Below are positions 63,556 through 64,000 of a stretch of DNA of 64,000 nt, piece after piece (the stretch's first letter is position 1; every line of letters begins with the position of its first letter). The DNA lies in assembly GCA_964016885.1 (NCBI GenBank), contig OZ024747.1, forward strand, positions 41,416,001-41,480,000. Reading direction: 5' to 3'. Under the pieces are notes generated by a model. It did not search any database. It was not told the DNA's origin and saw nothing but the letters and a program-made list of their open reading frames with translations. A program made the position numbers and the translations under genes. The DNA is from Eledone cirrhosa. Its lineage: Eukaryota.

Positions 63556-64000
63556 CCTGAGAGGGTCATGGGGGCAGAGTCCTCAACAACTGTCAGAAGC
63601 ATCCATCCCCAACTGATCCAGATAGATCCCCAACTGAGCTCATGGATGTCATCCAACCATCTTGCTCGGGTCTACCCATGGGTCTCTTGCCGGTTGGTTT
63701 TGCCAGTAAAACCTGTTCAACGATTCTTTCCTAAGACATTCTAACCGCATGCCCATAGTATTGGAGCCATGATCTCTCAATTTGGAGAAGTAGCAGCTCT
63801 ACCTGGAGTGGCTCTCTGATCTCCGAGCTTTACTTCAAAGGCCTTTTGGAGGAACCCCGATTCGGCCGCTTGTATTCGCAATCATATTCTTTCGGTTATT
63901 ACCCAAGATTTATGACCATAGGTAAGGGTTGGCATGAATACCAAATTGAAGATATTGAGGTTGGCTTTTACCCTTACCTCCCTTTTTCTGATTACCAAAT
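63556..64000 (-). pseudogene. Degraded RTE LINE C-terminal fragment
   Basis: FMPTLTYGHKSWVITER..IQAAE..YYGHAVRM..GKRPMGRP with stops. Confidence 0.7.

Overview
Eukaryotic, AT-rich DNA saturated with microsatellites. The SINE repertoire (tRNA-head SINEs with Nin-, CORE- and Meta-type central domains) suggests a cephalopod or octopus-like mollusc, which is an inference. I found no supportable host-gene exon; the window is almost all transposable elements, many nested in (TA)n/(CA)n tracts. Penelope-like elements (PLEs): one intact 737-aa ORF with Hydra-clade signatures, one disrupted Neptune-type copy, three truncated Hydra-type copies, and many ORF-less inverted pseudo-LTR (pLTR) remnants. Other elements: a near-full-length Tx1/L1-group LINE plus a truncated sister, both in (GATA)n; several RTE LINE fragments; a CRE-like fragment; non-autonomous Helitrons; about 25 SINEs; and a 200-N gap. 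The main unannotated signal is about 20 type I hammerhead ribozyme (HHR) motifs from about 12 unrelated families, mostly arranged head-to-head in fold-back palindromes. Several have recurrent non-canonical cores (CAGAAGA, CCGAnGA, UUGAAAA/GCAA), a mismatch at the base of stem II, or long stem II insertions; there is also a tandem double HHR and one HHR carried inside a Helitron. All folding was done by eye and cleavage activity is untested.
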